This document shows, piece after piece, positions 37,735 through 46,107 of a stretch of 64,000 bases of DNA. This stretch comes from Anaerolineae bacterium (GTDB lineage: Bacteria; Chloroflexota; Anaerolineae; B4-G1; SLSP01). Below the pieces are notes generated by a model. That model worked only from the letters and a program-made list of their open reading frames with translations, searched no databases and was not told where the DNA came from. The stretch is taken from the NCBI GenBank assembly GCA_016931315.1, contig JAFGFB010000214.1, positions 8,353 through 72,352 of the forward strand, read 5' to 3'. A program made the translations under genes and the position numbers. The stretch's first letter is position 1, and each line of letters begins with the position of its first letter.

Positions 37735-39461
37735 TAGCGTTTACTCCACTTTCCGTCTGCAAACAACAGATAAATCGTGCCTGTATCCATCCGCAGAATT
37801 GCGCCACGTTCAAAGTCCTGCAACGTGGCATCAAAACCACGTTCGAGATCCATCGCCGAACCAAGCCCATCGCGCACGGCAGCATTAGAGCACCAAACCT
37901 TGCCAAAACCCCGCAGCGGCGTGGGCGGCGTCGTCTCAGTTCCACAAGTGTAAATGGAATCCCCATCACGCCAGGTATTGGCAAATCCCTGCCATGGTCC
38001 TCCCTGATACACAGCATAAATGCGATCACTGTCCTCGCGCCAGAGCATCAAACCCTTCTCAAAATCCTCTATGGCCAACCAACTGGAATGTGCGTCATTT
38101 GTGGCGCAACCCAAGCCAGCCTGTTCCGAGCGCCAGATATCTGCAAAGGGACCGGTAACCTCAGGACAAGCGGGAGTAGGCGTTGCAGCCGACGTTGCAG
38201 TCGCAGCCGACGTTGCGGTCGCAGCTGGCGCTGTGGTCGGAGTTGGCAGCGGGGTTTCGGCGGGAAATGGCGTGGGAACCGTTGTTGCGGCCGCAACCGT
38301 TGTAGCCGTGGGAGGTTCAATGAGCGGTGGTACCTCAGTTACTTGCGCTACGGTAGGTGCTGCCGCTATTTCAGTTACCACGACCTCCGTTGGAGTAATG
38401 CCCCCTACCAACATTGGCGTTCCGCGTTCACGCTCAAGCAGATTAGCCAACGTAAGCCCAGCCAACACTAACACAACCAGTACCGCGAGTACCGCCACCA
38501 GGCCCTTCCAGGGAAAGACGCGCGCTGACGGCGCCGATACAGCAGCTGCATATGGAGGACTGGCATGGGGTGTGCCCCCCGGTCCCATAACGGCGGTATT
38601 GGCAAATACCCCGGGAGGCGAATGAACCAGACTTCCCCATTGTTGCAACGCCATCCGGACCTCTGTCGCGGTCTGAAAACGCGCCTCAGGGCGCAATTCC
38701 AACATTCGCAGCAGAATGGCTTCAAGATATGAACTTACCTGCGGATTGAGGTGTCTCACAGGCACCAATGTCGCCGGGTTGACAATTCGCATCGTTGCCG
38801 TAGGCGGAGTCTGCCCGGTAAGCGCATGATATAGGGTCGCGCCAAGGCTGTAGATGTCACTACGCGCATCCGTAAAACCTGCCTGAGAATCATACTGCTC
38901 AGGAGGAGCATACTCTGGCGTTCCCATCGAGCGAATCACCGTGCGCGTCCGTGGATCGCCGGAATTCCAAAGTTTGACCAGCCCAAAGTCCACCAAAATC
39001 ACATAACCATCGGGGCGCACAATCACATTCTGCGGCTTAATATCGCGGTGAATAATGCCCTTCTCATGACAATACGTTAAAGCGTCAAGCAACTGATCCG
39101 CCCAGGCAAGCACCTGAGATTCTGGCAGACAGCCCTCCCTCGCTATGCGGGCAGCGAGACTCTCACCCTCAATGAAATCCATCACCAGATAAGCGTTTCC
39201 GTCTTCCTCAAAGAAATCGGTCACCCGAACCAGATGCGGATGGCTGAGATTCGCCAGCACTGCCGCCTCTTGCTGAAACTGCTGCTGTAATTGCGCCAGA
39301 ATCTGCCCATTGATATCGGATTGCGGTATCATCTCCTTCACGGCGCGCGGCGCATTCAGCCGCATGTCCCAAACACGATAAACGGCCCCCATTCCACCCT
39401 GTCCGAGCAGGCGAGCCACGCGATAGCGCCCTTGGAGTACATCACCGATGTTCAGACTCAT
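37734..39461 (-). CDS. Ser/Thr protein kinase K6 (family A) with TM, PT linker and a Cys-containing ectodomain
   Basis: GQGGMGAVY, RAVKEM, HRDIKPQN, DFGLVK and TPEYAPPE. The stop overlaps the downstream ATG (TAATG). GGGAGG RBS. Confidence 0.95.
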   Translation of the reverse strand: MSLNIGDVLQGRYRVARLLGQGGMGAVYRVWDMRLNAPRAVKEMIPQSDINGQILAQLQQQFQQEAAVLANLSHPHLVRVTDFFEEDGNAYLVMDFIEGESLAARIAREGCLPESQVLAWADQLLDALTYCHEKGIIHRDIKPQNVIVRPDGYVILVDFGLVKLWNSGDPRTRTVIRSMGTPEYAPPEQYDSQAGFTDARSDIYSLGATLYHALTGQTPPTATMRIVNPATLVPVRHLNPQVSSYLEAILLRMLELRPEARFQTATEVRMALQQWGSLVHSPPGVFANTAVMGPGGTPHASPPYAAAVSAPSARVFPWKGLVAVLAVLVVLVLAGLTLANLLERERGTPMLVGGITPTEVVVTEIAAAPTVAQVTEVPPLIEPPTATTVAAATTVPTPFPAETPLPTPTTAPAATATSAATATSAATPTPACPEVTGPFADIWRSEQAGLGCATNDAHSSWLAIEDFEKGLMLWREDSDRIYAVYQGGPWQGFANTWRDGDSIYTCGTETTPPTPLRGFGKVWCSNAAVRDGLGSAMDLERGFDATLQDFERGAILRMDTGTIYLLFADGKWSKR

Positions 39462-39531
39462 CGCAGCCTCCCGGTGACAGAGAAGACATAGCAGAACTTA
39501 AGAAAAATGGTCAACTGGACTACGCTCCTCC

Positions 39532-40170
39532 TCACCCCGGCGGGACCAGTCCCACCACATGCTCGATCTGTGTCAGCTGGTTAAGAATCGCACCAGGGCG
39601 GCTCGCCTGCGCCCGCAGCAGAGTCAACGGCACGGCAATTTCGATGCGATTACCGGAAGTGCTGAGCACTTTCACACCCATCTCTTGCAGCCGGGCAACA
39701 ACCGGCGCCGTGTCCTCCGTATCCAGCGCTAAGGCAGCCCTCATCTCCCCCGCGTCAGTCAGAATACCATGCTGACGGGCATAGTTGAGCACACTCTGTT
39801 GCCCTCCCTGTTGGTAGATCACCAGCAAATCTTTGTACACTGGTTGTACTTCAGGGTTATCTAGCAACAGCGCAATCTCAGGATACTGCGCCCGAAGCTG
39901 CTCAATCGAAGGCGTTGCCGTAGGGCGCGGTGTGCTCGTCGGCGTCGGGGTTGAAGTTGATTTGGGGGTAGAAGTAGGTAATACGACCAGCGTTGTGGGT
40001 GTTGGAGAGGGCGGCAAAGTGGCAGTAGGGGCCAACGTCGGCGTCACGGTAGGAATATCCGGCAACACCGGCGTCGCGGAAGAGGTGCAACCGACCAACA
40101 CTATCAGCACCAGCCCCAATCCTCCCAGTCGATACCTAACATAAGCTCGCTTGTTTCTGTTACCTATCAT
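39532..40170 (-). CDS. lipoprotein paralogous to the N-terminal (pro-domain-like) region of the S8 protease
   Basis: Lipobox LIVLVGC followed by a PT-rich linker. The C-terminal ~120 aa align with S8 residues ~59-188 (YP.IA.LL......VYK..LV.YQ.GG ... LDTED......L...G..V.S....R....VPL.L ... QLTQ.EHV). Confidence 0.7.
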   Translation of the reverse strand: MIGNRNKRAYVRYRLGGLGLVLIVLVGCTSSATPVLPDIPTVTPTLAPTATLPPSPTPTTLVVLPTSTPKSTSTPTPTSTPRPTATPSIEQLRAQYPEIALLLDNPEVQPVYKDLLVIYQQGGQQSVLNYARQHGILTDAGEMRAALALDTEDTAPVVARLQEMGVKVLSTSGNRIEIAVPLTLLRAQASRPGAILNQLTQIEHVVGLVPPG

Positions 40171-40195
40171 CCTTCCACCCTTGCCTTATCTCCAA

Positions 40196-42982
40196 TCAGC
40201 GTACATCCTGGCGCCGTAACACCCACGCCGTTCCCAGGCCGAATACCAGACTGAAAATCGCCAGAATTCCCCAGACGCGCAGCAGATGTGCCGTCGTGCG
40301 CGCATAACTGATGCCGAAGGTCACTCCGCCGATAATATCCACCGGCTCGGCTTCGATGGTGACGGATTCACGCACTGTCTCAGTGACGGTGCGCAACTCA
40401 TGCACCATCACCTCCGGCACAGAGATGGGGATGGTCTGCGTGATTCCTGGCTGCACTTGTACTTCCAACAACCGTGTGGCGGTAATCACCGTTACCGGTT
40501 CCCAATCCGCCGCAGGTTTCTCCACGTCAAAGGCGACCTCAGCCGTCATCGGATCAAGATGTACTCGCGTGCGGCTCAGATCACTGAGACGATCCATATC
40601 CACCGACCCGCCCAGCCCTTCCAGCGTCCAGCGCGTCAGCGTCAGCGCCGAGAGCTCCTTGGTGGCGCCCGGCAATTCAAAAAGCGTGCCAGTGAAGATC
40701 AGCTGGAAGAAGAGCAGCATGAATAGAATATAGATCACGGTATTGGTGTTGGGGACCAGCACTGAGATAAACAACCCTATGTGAATCGCCGCAAGCGTGG
40801 CGAGGAACAGGGTGATGAACATCTCTACCGGCGCGGGGAGAAACACCCCCATAGCAGGAAGGCGGACTTTGAGCGCGATGACCAACAACAACAGCCCGCA
40901 TTGCAACAGCGCAAAGGTCCCGATGACCAGAACCTTCGAGAGCAGATACGGCCCGATGCGCACTGTCACCATGCGCTCCCGTCGGTAGATGGAGCGTTCT
41001 TTCACGATCTCGTAGCCCGACGCAAAGAGTCCCAACAACACACCAGCAAATGCCAACAGAAAAAGCAGATTCAGGCTGTTCGTTACGATGCTATAGGTGG
41101 CACTCGAAGCTCCCGTTGCCAGCTCCGCCGCCAGCTGCCGTTCGATCTCGCCCAGGGTGTCCCCCTGCAACCACTGCGGCCCCGCCACCAGCAGAATCAA
41201 ACCGCCGACCAGGGGCATCACCGCCAAGAGCACTGCCAGTAGCACACGATCACGCAACACTAGGTTGAGATAACGCCGGGTCAGCACACCCAACTGGCGC
41301 AGGGGATTGACCTTCGACCCCCTTGTCTGCGCCTCCCCGTCCGAGGCGCCTTCCGCCGGGGTTGCCACACGCTGCTGGCGCTGTACGATATAGCGCCGGT
41401 AGGTATCCGACTCTCGATAGCGTTTTTCCCAATCCACAGCTTTCTGGTGGGCGCGCTGTGGATCCGCATCATCCAGCCGGTCATAGACATCGGAAAAATC
41501 ACCGGTAGCGACCTCGAAGAAGGTGAAAGCCTCCTCCGGAGGTCCAAAGTAGGCCAGGCGGCCGTGAGCGAGAAAGCAAACATGATCACATTGGCTGATG
41601 TTCGCCGTGGCGTGCGTCACCAGCACCACCGTCCGTCCTCCATCGGCGAGATGGCGCAGTGTGTACATCATCTTCTTCTCCAGGCCCGGATCGAGGCCCG
41701 ATGTCGGCTCATCGAGAAAGAAAAGCCGTGGCTCCGCCAAGAGCTCCACGGCGATGCTCACCCGCTTGCGTTGCCCGCCGCTGAGGCTGCTCACAACTTG
41801 CTCGCTCTGGCCCCCCATACCAACATCTTGCAAGACCTGCTCGACGCGCTGCGCCAGCTCCGCCGCGGTGGTATCGGGGGGCAGGCGGAGCTGCGCGGCA
41901 TAACGCAACACATCCAGCACCGTCAAGTCTTTGTGGATAATATCATCCTGCGGCACATAGCCAATCATGGTGCGATAGAGGTCGAACTGCTGATAGAGAT
42001 CATCGCCATTGACGAGCACCTGTCCATGTTGCGCACGGACCACACCACTGAGAGCCTTCATCAACGTGCTCTTGCCCGCACCGCTAGTGCCTACCAGGGC
42101 CACAAACTCCCGTGGATGAATGGTAAGACTGATGTCATCGAGAATGCGCTTCGTGCGCTCACCCTTCCCCACCTCGCGCACTAACTGCACGCCATCGAGG
42201 CGAACTCCACCCGCAGCGACATACTGCTGGAGCTTACCTGCGCTGTAGACGAGACTAAAGGGACCAATCTGAACCACATCCCGTTCTCGCAACAGATAGG
42301 GACGTTCGATCCGCTGTCCGTTAACAAAAGTACCGTTAGTACTGTTGAGATCAGTCAACACCGAGCCCTGCGGCCCGGCCGTAATACTAGCGTGGCGCCA
42401 TGAAACAAGCGGCGCCTGCAAAGGAATACCTGATTGCGGATCTCGCCCTAGTGTCAACGCCCCTTCCGGCGCAAGGACCAGCGAACCCATCCTTTGCGGA
42501 CCTTGCAGCGCAGTCGATGCGCCCAGCATGAAAGTGAGGCTGGCGGAATTGCCCTGGAGATCACCGATGCGCAGAATATCACCGTGGTTCAGAACGGCAC
42601 TCTGAACACGACGCCCGTTGAGAAAAGTACCGTTGGTACTGCCGAGATCCACATACTGCCATTGAGTACCCTGGCCCTCCAGTCGCCCGTGGTACCCCGA
42701 AACATAGGGAGATGGTAGCACCAGACCATTGGAAGGAGCGCGTCCGATAGTGACCGTTGTTTCCGTGAGGGTTAACTCATAGGGAGGCTGCCCCAACAAG
42801 CGAATGATGAGACGAGGCATCGTCACAGGCACGGCTTCTGCTGGCGCAGCGCTGCGGAGCGTCGGGGTGGCTTCCACGCCATCCGGCATAGGACCCGTGA
42901 CGCGCTCCTGCCCACACACCGGGCAGAAACGCGCCTTGGGGTTACGCAACTCACCGCCGCAGAAACGACAAAATTGGGGCAT
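40196..42982 (-). CDS. zinc-ribbon / 2x FHA / ABC ATPase / ABC-2 permease fusion (Rv1747-like FHA-ABC transporter)
   Basis: CRFCGGELRNPKARFCPVCG. FHA1 TIGRAPSNGLVL...YHGRL...GSTNGTFLNG. FHA2 LTLGRDP...WRHASI...NSTNGTFVNG. Walker A GTSGAGKST, signature LSGGQRKR and Walker B LFFLDEPTSGLD. About 6 TM C-terminally. Confidence 0.93.
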   Translation of the reverse strand: MPQFCRFCGGELRNPKARFCPVCGQERVTGPMPDGVEATPTLRSAAPAEAVPVTMPRLIIRLLGQPPYELTLTETTVTIGRAPSNGLVLPSPYVSGYHGRLEGQGTQWQYVDLGSTNGTFLNGRRVQSAVLNHGDILRIGDLQGNSASLTFMLGASTALQGPQRMGSLVLAPEGALTLGRDPQSGIPLQAPLVSWRHASITAGPQGSVLTDLNSTNGTFVNGQRIERPYLLRERDVVQIGPFSLVYSAGKLQQYVAAGGVRLDGVQLVREVGKGERTKRILDDISLTIHPREFVALVGTSGAGKSTLMKALSGVVRAQHGQVLVNGDDLYQQFDLYRTMIGYVPQDDIIHKDLTVLDVLRYAAQLRLPPDTTAAELAQRVEQVLQDVGMGGQSEQVVSSLSGGQRKRVSIAVELLAEPRLFFLDEPTSGLDPGLEKKMMYTLRHLADGGRTVVLVTHATANISQCDHVCFLAHGRLAYFGPPEEAFTFFEVATGDFSDVYDRLDDADPQRAHQKAVDWEKRYRESDTYRRYIVQRQQRVATPAEGASDGEAQTRGSKVNPLRQLGVLTRRYLNLVLRDRVLLAVLLAVMPLVGGLILLVAGPQWLQGDTLGEIERQLAAELATGASSATYSIVTNSLNLLFLLAFAGVLLGLFASGYEIVKERSIYRRERMVTVRIGPYLLSKVLVIGTFALLQCGLLLLVIALKVRLPAMGVFLPAPVEMFITLFLATLAAIHIGLFISVLVPNTNTVIYILFMLLFFQLIFTGTLFELPGATKELSALTLTRWTLEGLGGSVDMDRLSDLSRTRVHLDPMTAEVAFDVEKPAADWEPVTVITATRLLEVQVQPGITQTIPISVPEVMVHELRTVTETVRESVTIEAEPVDIIGGVTFGISYARTTAHLLRVWGILAIFSLVFGLGTAWVLRRQDVR

Positions 42983-43093
42983 GTTAGCGGCTCCTCTTTA
43001 CGAAAATCCGTATTTGCAAGACTGATATTGCGAGTTTTGCCCCGACAAGCAACCAGGGCAACTCTGTAAAAACGGCTGCAGCAGCATCTGCAT

Positions 43094-45988
43094 CTATGGC
43101 AGTTGCCTCTCCTTCTCTCTAATAGTAGGAGTCTGCCAAATGATGTCAGAGGCAACATTGCCATCCCCATTACGTAACATGGTATAATTAATCGTCACGG
43201 TGTAAGAATTGAAAGCTTCACCGTAGGCCGTACAATCCGCATCCTGACAAACCCACATCCACCAGGCATAGGTACGCCCAGAGGGCCATCCAGGAGGTAA
43301 GCTGGTAATAAGAATCTGACTGACATAGCCAAGATCATTAGTGTATGCCCCGTTATCCGTCACGCTATCATAGAAGAAAACTCGATAATGGTCGGAAGCA
43401 AAGCCACGCGCACCCCACTGGAAAGTTGCCGGCAACGTAACAGTAGCTCCATTAGCCGGCGACTGCAGCGTAACATCCTTGATATCGAAATTGCCGCCCA
43501 ACACCGAGGTCGTCCCTGTGTAAGAAGTTATATCGGCTCCATACCAGCCCCACAAACGACCATTCGCTGTGCCACTAGGATTATCATAAAGCACATAATA
43601 GCGTTGGCCAGAGCTGAGTGCGGGGATACCAGTGAAATTATACTTGCCAGCCGCGTCAGTGGTTACGGTAGCTCGCGTGGACCAGGAACTGCCATTGAAA
43701 TACCGCAACTGCAAAGATACGCCGCTCACCGGTACCCCACCCAAGTTAACCTGTCCGTAGATTCCAGGAACCACACCGGGCTGGTAATTGCGAACCACCA
43801 GTGGTAGATAGACCGCTGCCGCCCCGCGTACCAGGGTAAACTCCCATGCCCCCCGCCCGTTCGTGCCAGCAAACGCCTTGACCGGTGACGAAGCCACTAC
43901 AGCCATAGAGCGAATGCGACGTTCTTGCAGACCGGAATTGATCCACTTCCAATTTGTACTGCCAGAAGGGGTGTAATAAGCACCCTGAGTATACAATCCT
44001 GCAAAGACTTCACCGCTTCCCGGCGCAATTGCCAGCGCCCTTACATAATCATTTGCCAGCCCCGTATTCATGGCAGTCCAACTGGCGCCATAATTTGTGC
44101 TGCGATAGGCTTGATACGCGCCGGCATAAGCCAATCCAGCAGTGTTGGGGGAACAAGCCACAGCATAGGTATAATTGGCATACGGTCCCGTCATGCCACT
44201 GGCGCGAGTTACCCAGGAAACACCCCCATTGCTATAATACAATCCACCGCCATAAGTTGCAGCAAGCAACTGCCCCGTATTCATGAACTCGCATAAACGC
44301 AGGACAATCCCGTCCGTCAAACCCGTTGCCGTATTCCAGGTTAGGCCACCGTCATTGCTGTATTGGATTCCGTTATAGGTCGCAGCAACCAGTTTGTTGG
44401 TATCTCCCTGGATAGACTCGATATCAAAGGAGATGTAGCTGGGGTAACTTCGACTCACCTCGTACCAGGAATTGCCCTGATCCCAGCTTTTGAGCACGCC
44501 CCAGTCGCTGTAAAACGTACCGGCATAGAGAATCGTCCCCGTTGGTCCCTGCGTCGCCTCAAGAGAATACACATAGGGAACACCGTAAATGGCGTGCCAC
44601 GTCGCCCCCTGATCATAGCTGCGAAACATTCCGGCGCCCCAAGTTGCAGCGTAGAGGGTGCTGGCGTTATTGACATCTTGTGTGATATCCAGCACGAAGG
44701 TACCCTCCATACCAGTGCCTTTCAGCGCAAAGGCGCTGGCAGCGCTCGCACGTTTATAAACGCCACCATAGGGAAAGCGGTTCGCGCCAACCCACACCTG
44801 ATCTGCTGAGGTCGGATGAACCGCCAAACCCTCCACATAATAGGTGGGAAAAGTGTCATCGGCATTGGCCCAGGTAATGCCGCCATCGGCGCTGCGGTAG
44901 ACCCACGTATACCCTCCAGCATAGACAATGTTGGGGTTACTCTTAGAGAAAGCCACCGAGAAAACAGCGGTATCCGAGACGCCGGTATTGACCGGGGACC
45001 AATTTGCGCCGCCATCAGAAGTGCGGAAAAGCCCGCCGCCGGAGGTTCCAACCACCACAATGTTGGCGTTAGTGGGATGAATTGCCACAGCAATCACAGT
45101 GTTGTTGATAGTTCCTACACCGACCTCGCTCCAAGAGCTGCCACCGTTAGTAGTGCGATAGTAGCCTCCGCTAGTTGTCCAATCGCCAAAGGAGGCATAA
45201 CGCACATTGTTGTTGGAAGGCGCAAAGGTGTAGGTCCGCGCACTGCCAGTCCCCAGTGTGATCTTGGTCCACGAAGTACCGCCGTTAGTGCTACGATAAA
45301 GCCCGTTCCCATCATCCACACAAGCATAAATATCGTTGCGATTTGAAGGATTGATGGTCACCCGGCGCACCGCGGTGCGCGCCCACGTGATGGGGGCAGC
45401 AATCTCGTTACGCAAGGTCGCATCTGGATGAAAGAGATTGCTCGGACCTCCAGCGATTACCTCGGGAGGGGGTAATACACCATCACTGTCCGCCTTCAGT
45501 TGCGTGGGTCGCAGGGGATCTGCAAGTCGAGTCCAAGTCGCGCCGCTATCGCTAGATTTGAGCAAACCGTATCCCCAGGTCCCAATAATCAGAACTTTGG
45601 GGTCCACAGGGTCAATGGCAAGTCCACTTATCACCAGGTCGCCATACCCGCCCAGACCGCCATTAGCGGCCGACCACGTCTCGCCACCATCAACACTGCG
45701 GTAAACACCCTGATTTGTCCCAGCATAAACCACATTGGGGTTGGTTGAATCAACCACAATTTGTGTCACCATGGGAGCCTCAGTGGCTTCCAGATTATAC
45801 CGGGGACCCCGCCAGGTCCAGAAATCAATACCTTGAATGCTAATCGGGTTAGCTAAGGGCGTCGAATCAGATGTCAAGCACTGCGTTTCTGGGGGGGGAA
45901 GTTTCTCCGCTCGCACTGCTGCTGGCAACACAAGCAAAACGCACAGAAAGATTAAAGAAATCACCGTGACACGCTTCAACACAGACAT
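43094..45988 (-). CDS. secreted BNR/sortilin-type (S-x-D-G-G-x-T-W) multi-propeller protein with a C-terminal carboxypeptidase-regulatory-like domain
   Basis: Signal peptide MSVLKRVTVISLIFLCVLLVLPAAVRA from the ATG at 45988 (AAGGAGGGAG RBS). At least 10 copies of S.DGG.TW/SW motifs. TTDAAGKYNFTGI suggests a CarboxypepD_reg-like fold. Confidence 0.8.
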   Translation of the reverse strand: MSVLKRVTVISLIFLCVLLVLPAAVRAEKLPPPETQCLTSDSTPLANPISIQGIDFWTWRGPRYNLEATEAPMVTQIVVDSTNPNVVYAGTNQGVYRSVDGGETWSAANGGLGGYGDLVISGLAIDPVDPKVLIIGTWGYGLLKSSDSGATWTRLADPLRPTQLKADSDGVLPPPEVIAGGPSNLFHPDATLRNEIAAPITWARTAVRRVTINPSNRNDIYACVDDGNGLYRSTNGGTSWTKITLGTGSARTYTFAPSNNNVRYASFGDWTTSGGYYRTTNGGSSWSEVGVGTINNTVIAVAIHPTNANIVVVGTSGGGLFRTSDGGANWSPVNTGVSDTAVFSVAFSKSNPNIVYAGGYTWVYRSADGGITWANADDTFPTYYVEGLAVHPTSADQVWVGANRFPYGGVYKRASAASAFALKGTGMEGTFVLDITQDVNNASTLYAATWGAGMFRSYDQGATWHAIYGVPYVYSLEATQGPTGTILYAGTFYSDWGVLKSWDQGNSWYEVSRSYPSYISFDIESIQGDTNKLVAATYNGIQYSNDGGLTWNTATGLTDGIVLRLCEFMNTGQLLAATYGGGLYYSNGGVSWVTRASGMTGPYANYTYAVACSPNTAGLAYAGAYQAYRSTNYGASWTAMNTGLANDYVRALAIAPGSGEVFAGLYTQGAYYTPSGSTNWKWINSGLQERRIRSMAVVASSPVKAFAGTNGRGAWEFTLVRGAAAVYLPLVVRNYQPGVVPGIYGQVNLGGVPVSGVSLQLRYFNGSSWSTRATVTTDAAGKYNFTGIPALSSGQRYYVLYDNPSGTANGRLWGWYGADITSYTGTTSVLGGNFDIKDVTLQSPANGATVTLPATFQWGARGFASDHYRVFFYDSVTDNGAYTNDLGYVSQILITSLPPGWPSGRTYAWWMWVCQDADCTAYGEAFNSYTVTINYTMLRNGDGNVASDIIWQTPTIREKERQLP

Positions 45989-46107
45989 GATCTCCCTCCT
46001 TAGAAGACTGCCTTGCCAACTGCGCCCCCGCGAGAGTGCCTGCAAGCACTCAGCCGAAAGGGCGTATTTGTAACCTTATTAAAGAATCGGCAGAAGTCGC
46101 CGCAATA

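Noticed and set aside
37581-38471. 296-aa plus-strand ORF spanning the K6 / pseudokinase-PP2C junction.
   Set aside because: It is antisense to two well-supported genes. Its product is dominated by RCSR/GRSW repeats, which mirror the PT-rich linker on the other strand, and it has no RBS.
42983-43093. Possible terminator or promoter in the 112-nt gap between the BNR gene and the FHA-ABC gene (GAGTTGCCC...GGGGCAAAACTC imperfect stem; TTGCTT-N16-CAATAT).
   Set aside because: The stem is imperfect with no T-run, and the hexamers are weak matches. It cannot be distinguished from chance without transcript data.
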